A stretch of DNA of 56,382 nucleotides from positions 1-56,382 of IMG/VR virus record IMGVR_UViG_3300049454_000030. The stretch is one strand, 5' to 3'. Below the pieces are notes generated by a model. That model worked only from the letters and a program-made list of their open reading frames with translations, did no database searches and was not told the DNA's origin. Positions 36,642 to 44,366 of the stretch are shown piece by piece. How positions within the stretch are numbered: the first letter of the stretch is position 1; every line of letters starts with the position of its first letter. A program made the position numbers and the translations under genes. Source of the stretch: a virus (Duplodnaviria; Caudoviricetes).

Positions 36642-36714
36642 CAGGAATGACAGGACTCGAACCTGCAATGACCGACTTTGGAGATCGGGGCCCTACCAAT
36701 TGGGCTACATTCCT
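36642..36714 (-). tRNA. tRNA-Trp(CCA)
   Basis: loop CTCCAAA. Confidence 0.9.
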
Positions 36715-37052
36715 ATATGAACTTGTACCTACAGAAAAGCCGCCTTGTCCGGGTTCCGGGGGCGGCTTCAAGATCCTCAGATCCCTAGCCAACCATGGAA
36801 TTTTCCTGCTCATCGGCGTAGCCCAGTTGTCCGAAGATGGGCGTGGTCACAACAGCCGCCAACAGCACTGTGTGCCACCGCTTGCTGGTGTATTGCGACA
36901 TGTCCATCTCCTTGGGTGCTGCTTCTGGACCTTGAGCCTAGTAGGTTGGGAGACCCGGAGCAAGCCTCTCGTGAAAACTTGCTCCGGGTACCACCGCCGT
37001 CGAACAAGAAGAACGGTACCCCTACGTCCGGGTACGGGTCAAGAGGATATTT

Positions 37053-37454
37053 TCAAGATCTTTTACCCTGGCCCAACCGCATCCGGGCCCACTCCTGAAT
37101 CTCGGGCACGCGTCCCGGCAACCAGTATGGATGCCGGCCGACGTGCCCATCGGGCACTGGGAATGGGTGATCCACGTACCTGCCGCCAGCCATAGTCGAC
37201 TGGAGTAGATACGTGGACACCGTCCGAGCTTGAAGGGGGCTCTTGTCGGAGCCATAGCGGTAGGGACCGAGGATGTCTCCCACCGCCGCACAGTCCAAGA
37301 TGTGCGGTACTGGCCACACTGGAGATGAGGAACATGCGTTGCAGTGACCTTGCGTCATTTCTTGTTCCAGAACTTTTCGTTGTTCCCCTGAAGCGTTTGA
37401 CCATTCGCCCTCGATCCATCGGCGACAGATCCGGCAGCTATGCGCACTTTTCAC
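37053..37454 (-). CDS. putative DNA-binding protein (AlpA/excisionase-like HTH)
   Basis: RTVSTY...PFPVPDGHVGRHPYW...EIQEWA..R.GQG. Confidence 0.6.
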   Translation of the reverse strand: MKSAHSCRICRRWIEGEWSNASGEQRKVLEQEMTQGHCNACSSSPVWPVPHILDCAAVGDILGPYRYGSDKSPLQARTVSTYLLQSTMAGGRYVDHPFPVPDGHVGRHPYWLPGRVPEIQEWARMRLGQGKRS

Positions 37455-37639
37455 GACGTCCGTCGCAGTTGTTCAAGTTCCATTAGAGCCCAACGCGCAG
37501 TCCCCACGGTCATTGCTAGATGAGTCTCGGCGAGTTCTGCCATGCGACTCTTACGTTTGCGCGGCGACAACTCTATAGCGGCCAGGACTTCGGCTGCCAC
37601 GTGAGCGAGTTCCTTGAACCGTTCTTCAGTGTCACTCAT
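37451..37639 (-). CDS. hypothetical protein
   Basis: overlapping start/stop coupling at both ends. Confidence 0.55.
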   Translation of the reverse strand: MSDTEERFKELAHVAAEVLAAIELSPRKRKSRMAELAETHLAMTVGTARWALMELEQLRRTS

Positions 37640-38793
37640 GCCGCTAGCGCCTTCGCTCGCGTGATCACAGTCTGCTTGACGCCTTTGTATTCATCCAGTT
37701 CCTTGATGGTGGCTTTCAAGGTCACCGTGATACCGACCTGGTCCCCGAGTGCCTCCCGGCTGGCAAACCATTTGATCACGTTGCCTGCCGCATCCTGCAG
37801 CGAGTACAGAACCGTGGTGCCATACTCATGGTCGATGAACCGGATGGCGTTGATGGTGGCCGTGAGCGTGATCCGCTCGCCAGCCGCTCCGATCCAGGCC
37901 GACTCAGAAACGTTCACGTTGCGAACCAGGGTCCGTTCCTGCCACCGGGCCCAAGCCTGAGGCGCACTGGCCAGGATTCCTACGTTGCGGAGACTGACCA
38001 GGTCGGCGGCGGCAATGTTTTTGAGGTTGGTGACATAGTCACCAGTCCCCGTAAAATTGTCGCTGCGGACCCAGGCCAGGCACTCCGACGCCCGTGACAT
38101 AGCCTCTTCAGCCAGCTCGCGGATCCGAGCCAATTCGGCATGCCTCTGTGTATCCATGGTCCGGGGCGGGCACAGGACATCCATGACGTCACCCTTGGTG
38201 GAGTTGCCCCAGGAGCTGGCCGGCTTGTACCCATCCAGCTTGATCAAGGCCCAAGCAACCGCCAGGACGTACAGTGTTCCAAATGAGTCAGCGCCCGGGG
38301 ACCCGAAGCCGAAGCCCAGATCACTGGCAACGGAGTCCATGTCCATGAAGACAAGCGAACCGTTCCAGCCGAGAAAGTCTTTGATGCAGGTAGAACCAAC
38401 CTGGACCTGTTGCCTGGTCTCCTGGTTGTAGACGATGTAGGTCTGGTTACGGCGCCGGCTGGTGTTGCAGTGGCTGCAGAAATTGCCGTGGATGTTGCTG
38501 CGATCCACTTGCTGCGTGCCAGGGGCGGCACGAACGATGAGACCAGCATGATCATCCCAGTCCAGAACGGCCAAGAAGGTCCATCCCGCGTAGCAGGGAG
38601 GCGCGCCGGCCAGCTCCACGTCGTACCAGATCTCAGTACGCTGGAAGCCGAAGTCATCGATCTTGGTGACTTCGGCCCGGTTGGTGGTCAGATTAAAAGA
38701 GCCGGTGAACCCACGCTTGACGGCACGCTCGTTGATCTTGATAATTTTCGCCCGTGAGGCTTCAAGCTCAGCCTCGTTGATTCGATAGATCAT
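37636..38793 (-). CDS. conserved large-phage protein with Zn finger and C-terminal OB fold
   Basis: CSHC...R.RN...QVGSTCIKDF; LKATIK..DEY.GVKQT.ITR. Confidence 0.75.
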   Translation of the reverse strand: MIYRINEAELEASRAKIIKINERAVKRGFTGSFNLTTNRAEVTKIDDFGFQRTEIWYDVELAGAPPCYAGWTFLAVLDWDDHAGLIVRAAPGTQQVDRSNIHGNFCSHCNTSRRRNQTYIVYNQETRQQVQVGSTCIKDFLGWNGSLVFMDMDSVASDLGFGFGSPGADSFGTLYVLAVAWALIKLDGYKPASSWGNSTKGDVMDVLCPPRTMDTQRHAELARIRELAEEAMSRASECLAWVRSDNFTGTGDYVTNLKNIAAADLVSLRNVGILASAPQAWARWQERTLVRNVNVSESAWIGAAGERITLTATINAIRFIDHEYGTTVLYSLQDAAGNVIKWFASREALGDQVGITVTLKATIKELDEYKGVKQTVITRAKALAA

Positions 38794-38832
38794 GACGTGA
38801 TCCCTTCCAGCCTCGTAGCCCCTATGACTACG

Positions 38833-38862
38833 AGGTTAGGCTTAGGATACCGAGGTTGTCAA
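38833..38862 (-). promoter_or_regulatory. sigma70/HrdB-type promoter
   Basis: TTGACA-18-TAACCT. Confidence 0.6.
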
Positions 38863-39221
38863 GAGGTACTTGACGGAATCTTGTGTTCTCGGAAGATGTC
38901 GCTGTGCTCCCGTAGCCAGCACTGGAGCCGCATGTACTCTTGAACCTCGAACTCACGGGATGTTTGCCTGGCCGATTTCACGTAGGTGCGACGCTTGTGG
39001 GGTCTGACCATCCTGGCCTCATACCTGCGTTCCGGGTGCGGAGCCAGGGTCGGCGTGCCTACTCGCCCAAGTGTTCGCCGACTACTGGAGCTACGGATGT
39101 ACTCGGGACGGATGACCTGGTTCACGTAGACACAGAGTTCGCCTGGCGCCTGCAGGCACTTGGGGCAGGCGACCGCTAGGGCCTCTTCCAGGCTGACGGG
39201 TTGTAGGCGACGTGAGTACAT
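38859..39221 (-). CDS. Zn-binding hypothetical protein
   Basis: AVACPKC.QAPGELC...HPER; leaderless TACTAT-6-ATG. Confidence 0.6.
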   Translation of the reverse strand: MYSRRLQPVSLEEALAVACPKCLQAPGELCVYVNQVIRPEYIRSSSSRRTLGRVGTPTLAPHPERRYEARMVRPHKRRTYVKSARQTSREFEVQEYMRLQCWLREHSDIFREHKIPSSTS

Positions 39222-39261
39222 GGAGGCATAGTACATCCGCTAGGCCGATATGATGTTGCCC

Positions 39262-39450
39262 ATGACTGCAGAGGACACACGCATGGTGCCAATGGCACCT
39301 ATGTTCGACGTTACCAATATGTCGTTTGATGAGCTGATTGCCTCCGGGGATCTGAATCTTGCCGCCACTATCAAGCGCCTAACGGAGTCCCTATCCGATC
39401 CCGACGGGATCATCTCAGCGTTCCAGTCCCTTGTTTCCGATAAGGATTAG
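39262..39450 (+). CDS. FxSxx-COOH (FxsA-like) RiPP precursor homolog
   Basis: DVTNMSFDELIASGD..LA.TIKRL..SL.DPDGIISAFQSLV; TATGAT -10 just upstream. Confidence 0.75.
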   Translation: MTAEDTRMVPMAPMFDVTNMSFDELIASGDLNLAATIKRLTESLSDPDGIISAFQSLVSDKD

Positions 39451-39457
39451 ATCAGCA

Positions 39458-39488
39458 AAGGGCCCCAGAGGTTTCCCCCTGGGGCCTT
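39458..39488. terminator. terminator hairpin between convergent genes
   Basis: GGCCCCAG...CTGGGGCC. Confidence 0.65.
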
Positions 39489-39516
39489 CCGGTAACTTGG
39501 CGGCTCCCTGATGCCG

Positions 39517-41082
39517 TCAGTTTACCTGCTCCCATGGCCAAGAGCCGCTGCCGCCAACTCCCCGCTCCAGGAGCGGGATGAGCTGGAAGCTGGCATCCGT
39601 CAGCCCACCGAATGTGTACCGGTTGGCTACGCCTGGCGTGTGACCATACTTGTACCCAGCGAGATCCCAAACATATAGCGGAATGTTAGCCGGGATAACG
39701 GCACCCGGGTCTCCGTCGTAGGACTGTTCGTCAGTCACCAGGACCACGCGATCGTGTCCCTTGTAGAAGGCCCGAGTTGCGGCAGCTGTGTACGTGCCAC
39801 CCATGTTCCGGAACTTTTCGACCAGCTTGAGTAGCGACTCGTTGCGACCGACAGGAACTTCAGCTGAGCCGGTGCCGAACTGGACCAAGGTGGCACGACC
39901 ATAGTTCCGTAGAGCCAGTGCCCCGCCGAACACAGCTGCCGCATCCGCCCGGGTCAGTTCCGTAGAACCAGCAATCGCGTCGAACATGGAGCCGGACCGG
40001 TCCACCAGGATCAAGGTGCGACCTGACAGTTCCGGAACATTACTGACGGACAGGTTCAGCGCCTGCTCCAGTGGATAGGCCCACTGCAGCGACTGAGCCG
40101 TGGCCCGGTGCGCCGATAGGAATCGGAACGGGAACTGACGAGACCTGGCCACCTGCTCCGGATCCGTCAACTTGTCAACGACGAACTGACGGGTGGCGTT
40201 GTCAATTCCGACCTCGGTGAAGTTACGCAGGTTCCGGAGGCATGCCATATATCCCATGTTCGGGATCATGGCCTCCCACAACTTTGCCTTGTTCACCTTG
40301 TTGCCAGCCAGGGACAGTGCGTCTTCCCAGGTGAACCCAGCCTCCTTGACGTTGTGCCAGTTCAGTAGAGCCTCAGGACGTTCCGCCGCTGCCTTACGGA
40401 GCCGAGCGTTGTTGCGGATCATAGTGAGTAGTTCGCCTGGTTCCTCATCGCGACCATGCCGACGGGCCAGGGCGAATCGGAACAAGTCCGACTGCCACGG
40501 AGCCTTAGCGTCCGGGTGCGTCAGGTCGAGCACGTCGGCGAAGCGGACACCGTGGGATCCGGTGTCGTACTTGAGCAAGGTGAACTCGGTGTATAGGCGC
40601 TGGGCCGCGTCGGCAATGCCCCGCTTGACCGGCTTCGGAATCGTGCGGCCATACGTTGACATCCAGTAAGCCAGTGCCTCACCAGGCTCATCGGCCCGCT
40701 GCAGGACGCTGTCCACAATCGCCCGGCCCCCCGGGACACCCGCTTCGACCATGGCCTTGGCTGCTTCGAGGCCACCCACGACGGATGCTGTGCGCATGTT
40801 GGCCGTGCTACGCAGCCAGCCGAGCAGCCTCGCCGTCCACACCGAATCCTGGACAGCGGCTTCACGGATCAGCGCCCGGTACCGCGCATCCCGGCTCAGA
40901 CCATCCTCGTGGAACGTCTTTTCACCAACCATGTTGGTGACCGCGAGAAGGAACAGTTCGCCCTTGACGTCACGGGCAAAGCCGGGTGCGCCCAGGGCGG
41001 TGCGTCCACTGGCCCGGGTGTCGGTGACGATGAAAGCTTTAGCTGGCGCCGCCTTTGCGGCCCGCGTGTTGAAACGAGACAC
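39517..41082 (-). CDS. rsr: Ro60/Rsr TROVE-vWA RNA-binding protein
   Basis: ELFLLAV...TFHE, QRADEPGE, MGYMACLRNLRNF, SRQFPFRFLSA, LVDRSGSM MIDAS, GGT, VTDEQ. Confidence 0.92.
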   Translation of the reverse strand: MSRFNTRAAKAAPAKAFIVTDTRASGRTALGAPGFARDVKGELFLLAVTNMVGEKTFHEDGLSRDARYRALIREAAVQDSVWTARLLGWLRSTANMRTASVVGGLEAAKAMVEAGVPGGRAIVDSVLQRADEPGEALAYWMSTYGRTIPKPVKRGIADAAQRLYTEFTLLKYDTGSHGVRFADVLDLTHPDAKAPWQSDLFRFALARRHGRDEEPGELLTMIRNNARLRKAAAERPEALLNWHNVKEAGFTWEDALSLAGNKVNKAKLWEAMIPNMGYMACLRNLRNFTEVGIDNATRQFVVDKLTDPEQVARSRQFPFRFLSAHRATAQSLQWAYPLEQALNLSVSNVPELSGRTLILVDRSGSMFDAIAGSTELTRADAAAVFGGALALRNYGRATLVQFGTGSAEVPVGRNESLLKLVEKFRNMGGTYTAAATRAFYKGHDRVVLVTDEQSYDGDPGAVIPANIPLYVWDLAGYKYGHTPGVANRYTFGGLTDASFQLIPLLERGVGGSGSWPWEQVN

Positions 41083-41097
41083 TGTAGTTGTTCCTTT

Positions 41098-41349
41098 CTA
41101 AAAGTCGTCGGGGTCTAGGCCGCAGGTATGCGCATTCCCGGCTTGAGTCGGGTCCCGAGCCTGTTCAAGTTCTTGGATAACGTTGCTCCCGGTACCTGCG
41201 CAGGCGACGCCACCCATGGTCCGGATGATTGCCCAGTCAGAGCCGATTGCCTCCACTCGGGCGCAGTCGTAATGGTCCCGGCCGAAGTAACCGAAGAGGT
41301 GTCCGTGGACCAGGTCACCAATACGCAAGGGACCAGTCATGATGGCCAA
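41098..41349 (-). CDS. hypothetical protein
   Basis: GYFGRDHY...RVEAIG.DW motif; in operon with the Ro60 gene. Confidence 0.65.
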   Translation of the reverse strand: MAIMTGPLRIGDLVHGHLFGYFGRDHYDCARVEAIGSDWAIIRTMGGVACAGTGSNVIQELEQARDPTQAGNAHTCGLDPDDF

Positions 41350-41699
41350 AGAACAAAGGCTGGGACGCCGCGTGCGTATTCGCAGTCAACGTGCGCACAG
41401 TCAACTGGTTCCTCTTCGTCGCTATCTGGTTCCTCTTCGTCGCTATACTGCCAGCACCCTTCCGGATCTCGGAGAACACCAAACCGGTTTGACTCTGGGA
41501 GGTAGTGGTATGCCTCGTTCCAACCGGATGCTGGCGAATAGGAGTTGCCTTCACCGTCCCTGGACAGTACGACCACCATGTTGTCCGGTAGGTCGGCTAT
41601 ACGTTTACGGAGCTGGCCGACGGTAACTACGATCTCGGGGTTGATCAGGTTGTTTTCGGACACAAAAAACTCCCTCCAATTAGGCGGGAGGGAGTTCAC
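41337..41699 (-). CDS. hypothetical protein
   Basis: TV.QL...LPD.M.VVLSRDGEGNSYSP...VLWP. Confidence 0.65.
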   Translation of the reverse strand: MNSLPPNWREFFVSENNLINPEIVVTVGQLRKRIADLPDNMVVVLSRDGEGNSYSPASGWNEAYHYLPESNRFGVLRDPEGCWQYSDEEEPDSDEEEPVDCAHVDCEYARGVPAFVLWPS

Positions 41700-41700
41700 G

Positions 41701-41857
41701 AACTTGTATAGATGTCCGAGGTCAAATCGGCAGAGCTGACATGATGTGCTGCTATTACACTAGACCCCCATGAGTGGGGGTCCCAGGATTTGCACCTGGA
41801 CTACCCTTTTATCAGAAGGAAGTAAGCCATACCTGCGCACCGGACATCTATGAAGTT
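41701..41857 (-). ncRNA. Y RNA-like gene 5 (permuted tRNA module plus Ile GAT anticodon loop)
   Basis: terminal stem with GGTGCG/TTGACCTCGG; CCTT-CTGATAA-AAGG; T arm; closed acceptor stem; D-arm remnant. Confidence 0.8.
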
Positions 41858-41861
41858 GTGA

Positions 41862-41949
41862 ACCCTCCCGAGATCAAATTGCTAACTGGGTTTTATCTAC
41901 ATTGATTAAGAGTCAATTGATGAACCAGTTAACGTCGCACCGGGAAGGT
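41862..41949 (-). ncRNA. Y RNA-like gene 4 (Lys CTT anticodon loop)
   Basis: terminal stem with GGTGCG/TTGATCTCGG; ATTGA-CTCTTAA-TCAAT. Confidence 0.75.
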
Positions 41950-41964
41950 GCAAGTATTGGGTTG

Positions 41965-42045
41965 TCTTCCCGAGTTCAAGAAATGTCCTGTTCCGCTAGC
42001 ACCTTTGGAAGAAGTAAGCGTGGTCGGACGATCGCACCGGGAAGG
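41965..42045 (-). ncRNA. Y RNA-like gene 3 (Gly TCC anticodon loop)
   Basis: terminal stem with GGTGCG/TTGAACTCGG; ACTT-CTTCCAA-AGGT. Confidence 0.75.
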
Positions 42046-42062
42046 TGCATATCTAGTTGTGT

Positions 42063-42208
42063 GTTCCCCGAGTTCAAGGCGGTCTTTCAATCTTTTAGGC
42101 GCTCTATCTACTGAGCTACGAGGACCATGTTTGGGGTCCTCGGCAGGATTTGCACCTGCGACCTCCCGCTCCATATGCGATGAACGAAAAACCTACGCAC
42201 CAGGGAAC
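42063..42208 (-). ncRNA. Y RNA-like gene 2 (permuted tRNA module)
   Basis: GGTGCG/TTGAACTCGG; CGC-ATATGGA-GCG; T arm; CGAGGACC-CCAAACAT-GGTCCTCG; D arm TAGCTCAGTAGATAGAGC. Confidence 0.8.
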
Positions 42209-42227
42209 GAAGCTTTGTAGTTGTCAA

Positions 42228-42297
42228 TCAGCTGAGATCATATTGCTATGCCGAGTTTTCACCAAGAGAAGTATCGGCGGCGCCTCGCACCAGCTGA
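42228..42297 (-). ncRNA. Y RNA-like gene 1 (short)
   Basis: TCAGCTGGTGCG/ATGATCTCAGCTGA; TTC-TCTTGGT-GAA. Confidence 0.7.
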
Positions 42298-42458
42298 AGT
42301 TCTACGTGAGCGGTGATCACTGCCGTACCACCCTGGGTAAGTGTCCCAGGGACGTCCCCTGGGCTCTACGCCCGCTCACAGGGAGAACACTACCTGTACC
42401 CGGATGTGGGGGTCAAGGGATTAATTCAAGATCCTTTGAGTGGAACTTTTCGAGAAGG

Positions 42459-42493
42459 GACAGCCCCTTGGTACGAGAACCCAAGGGGCTGTC
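42459..42493 (-). terminator. terminator hairpin
   Basis: GACAGCCCCTTGG...CCAAGGGGCTGTC downstream of the 42520 gene. Confidence 0.7.
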
Positions 42494-42519
42494 GTCTTCT
42501 TATAGATCAACCGTCTAGA

Positions 42520-43671
42520 TCACTGGGGCGAGAGCACGGCCCCGGTCGCATCCCGAACGTTGTTCGCCCAGGTGGTGATGTGCGATCCGGTGCATGAGTT
42601 AGCGTAGCTGAACCGCGACGGTCCGAACCGGTTCCCGGTGATGGCCACGTTGACGGACGTCCCGACACGACCACAGTACAAGGTGTATCCGCCACCAGCG
42701 AGAAGATTGTTGGTGATAGCGACGTTGTTGTTCTGGGCGCCACCCTCGTTCCACATGATGATGGCCGCAGTCTGGCCGTTAGGGTTGTGGATCACGTTGT
42801 GGTAGATGGTCAAGTTCGACGCACCCTCACCAATCTGTATCCCATCGGCGTGGGCATCGTCATTCGCATCAACCCACAGATCATGAATGTAGGAGTCTCG
42901 AATGAGGACGTTGCCCGGAGCACCCACATTGAACCCGTTTTCACAGTTGTGGACGTTCACGCGGAGTGCGGTGAAGTTATCAGAGCCAATGGCTGAACCA
43001 AAGTCGTTGAGGCAGTTGATCTCGACATCGGCGAGTAGCAGACCAGTAGAACTGGTATTCACCCGCGTGTAGTTGCGACCACCCCCACTGTTGCATGTGA
43101 CTTTGACATTCTTGATGGTCACATTCGGAGCCGTTACGCGGATGCACCCACGAACATCACGACCCTGATAGGTCATTCCTGCCGTCGACAGGCTCACGTC
43201 ACCATTGACCACAGTCAGTCCGGTCCCGGCAGGGACTCCCGTATTAGCGGCGTTCGGGAATCCACACGCCGCTAGTTGGCCAAGGCAACCACCTGGCGTC
43301 GGCGTGGGTGTGGGTGTAGCTGTTGGACTCGGTGTCGATGTAGGCGTAGGCGTAGGGCTAGGCGTTGGGCTTGGCGTTGGACTAGGCGTTGGACTCGGTG
43401 TGGGAGTAGGCGTAGGACTCGGTGAAACTGTCGGACTGGGCGTGGAGGTAGGTGCCGCAGGGTTGCAGTCGAGGGTGAAGCCACCATTGGCCTTGTCCAT
43501 CTTGGTGCAAGACAACGAGGCGTCAAGCGCAACTACCGCTGCTGCTTGACGCTGTTCGGCGGTGACTGCACCCGCTGACTGGGGGGCAGCTGCGACGAAC
43601 AGCAGGGCCAGAGCCGCTAGGCCAGTACCACCGGCCACCAGTCTGGCTTTGATCTTGTGAGAGATCGTCAT
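42520..43671 (-). CDS. secreted right-handed beta-helix (pectin lyase-like) protein with PT/PS linker
   Basis: signal peptide; (PT/PS)n; [12 protein letters not shown]; I.DSYIHDL...HADGIQ; [13 protein letters not shown]. Confidence 0.85.
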   Translation of the reverse strand: MTISHKIKARLVAGGTGLAALALLFVAAAPQSAGAVTAEQRQAAAVVALDASLSCTKMDKANGGFTLDCNPAAPTSTPSPTVSPSPTPTPTPSPTPSPTPSPTPSPTPTPTSTPSPTATPTPTPTPGGCLGQLAACGFPNAANTGVPAGTGLTVVNGDVSLSTAGMTYQGRDVRGCIRVTAPNVTIKNVKVTCNSGGGRNYTRVNTSSTGLLLADVEINCLNDFGSAIGSDNFTALRVNVHNCENGFNVGAPGNVLIRDSYIHDLWVDANDDAHADGIQIGEGASNLTIYHNVIHNPNGQTAAIIMWNEGGAQNNNVAITNNLLAGGGYTLYCGRVGTSVNVAITGNRFGPSRFSYANSCTGSHITTWANNVRDATGAVLSPQ

Positions 43672-44005
43672 GGCTCCGACGGTACGCAGACGCTTGTCGA
43701 CACGTCAACCGGATCGCCGGGACAAACGACAATATCACCTTAACGTACCACCGTTGACCAGGGCAAACGTCCTTCAGGTCGCCGGTAAGGTCCTCATAAC
43801 CATGGATCTATCCGTTCTGTCTGGACCCGGGGGGAGTAGGGGGTAGCACCCGATCTTCTTCATGAATGTGTCTGCGTGGATGGCATCACTGGATGGACCA
43901 GTTCACTACTTCATGAAACTCAGATTCTTTACCCGGAGGAAAGGGTAAGGAAGACATTTGACGCGCCCATAGGATTATTCCTCATCTTCCCTTTATGATC
44001 GAGGC

Positions 44006-44305
44006 ATGATAGTGGGCACGTTTGTCTTAGTCGCGCTCGCCGTAGCCCGCGCGACGCTTCTGGTGACGAGTGACCGCATCATGCTGTCTTTTCGTCGGTG
44101 GACTGTCAACAAGTACGGCGACGAGTCCCTATGGGCGTACCTGGTGCATTGCGAGCGCTGCGTCTCGATCTGGATTGCACTTCCGGCAGCCATCTTCTGG
44201 GGAACGTTATCCCTACCCTGGCACTTGTGGTGGGTGATAGCTCCTGCCTGGTTCGCGCTGAGCTACCTCACGGTCCTTCTTTCACGACTGGAGGAGAGTG
44301 AGTGA
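44006..44305 (+). CDS. DUF1360-like membrane protein
   Basis: ALAVAR.T.LVT.D.I...LVHCERCVSIW. Confidence 0.75.
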   Translation: MIVGTFVLVALAVARATLLVTSDRIMLSFRRWTVNKYGDESLWAYLVHCERCVSIWIALPAAIFWGTLSLPWHLWWVIAPAWFALSYLTVLLSRLEESE

Positions 44306-44366
44306 CTCACACCATCCAGACTGATGCCACCAGATTCTTTGCCCACGAGGCGGAAGGCGATAGCTG

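Noticed and set aside
13334-36714. tmRNA, or an integrase with attP, among the tRNAs
   Set aside because: No tmRNA termini or tag frame and no integrase were recognised in this window
41405-41446. 21-bp tandem duplication
   Set aside because: In-frame coding repeat (SDEEEP)
41930-42050. Repeated TCGCACCGGGAAGGTGCA resembling CRISPR repeats
   Set aside because: Only two exact copies with irregular spacing; they are the conserved 5' strands of the Y RNA stems, and there is no cas operon
43290-43445. GGCGT(A/T)GG tandem repeats
   Set aside because: They encode the PT/PS linker of the secreted beta-helix protein
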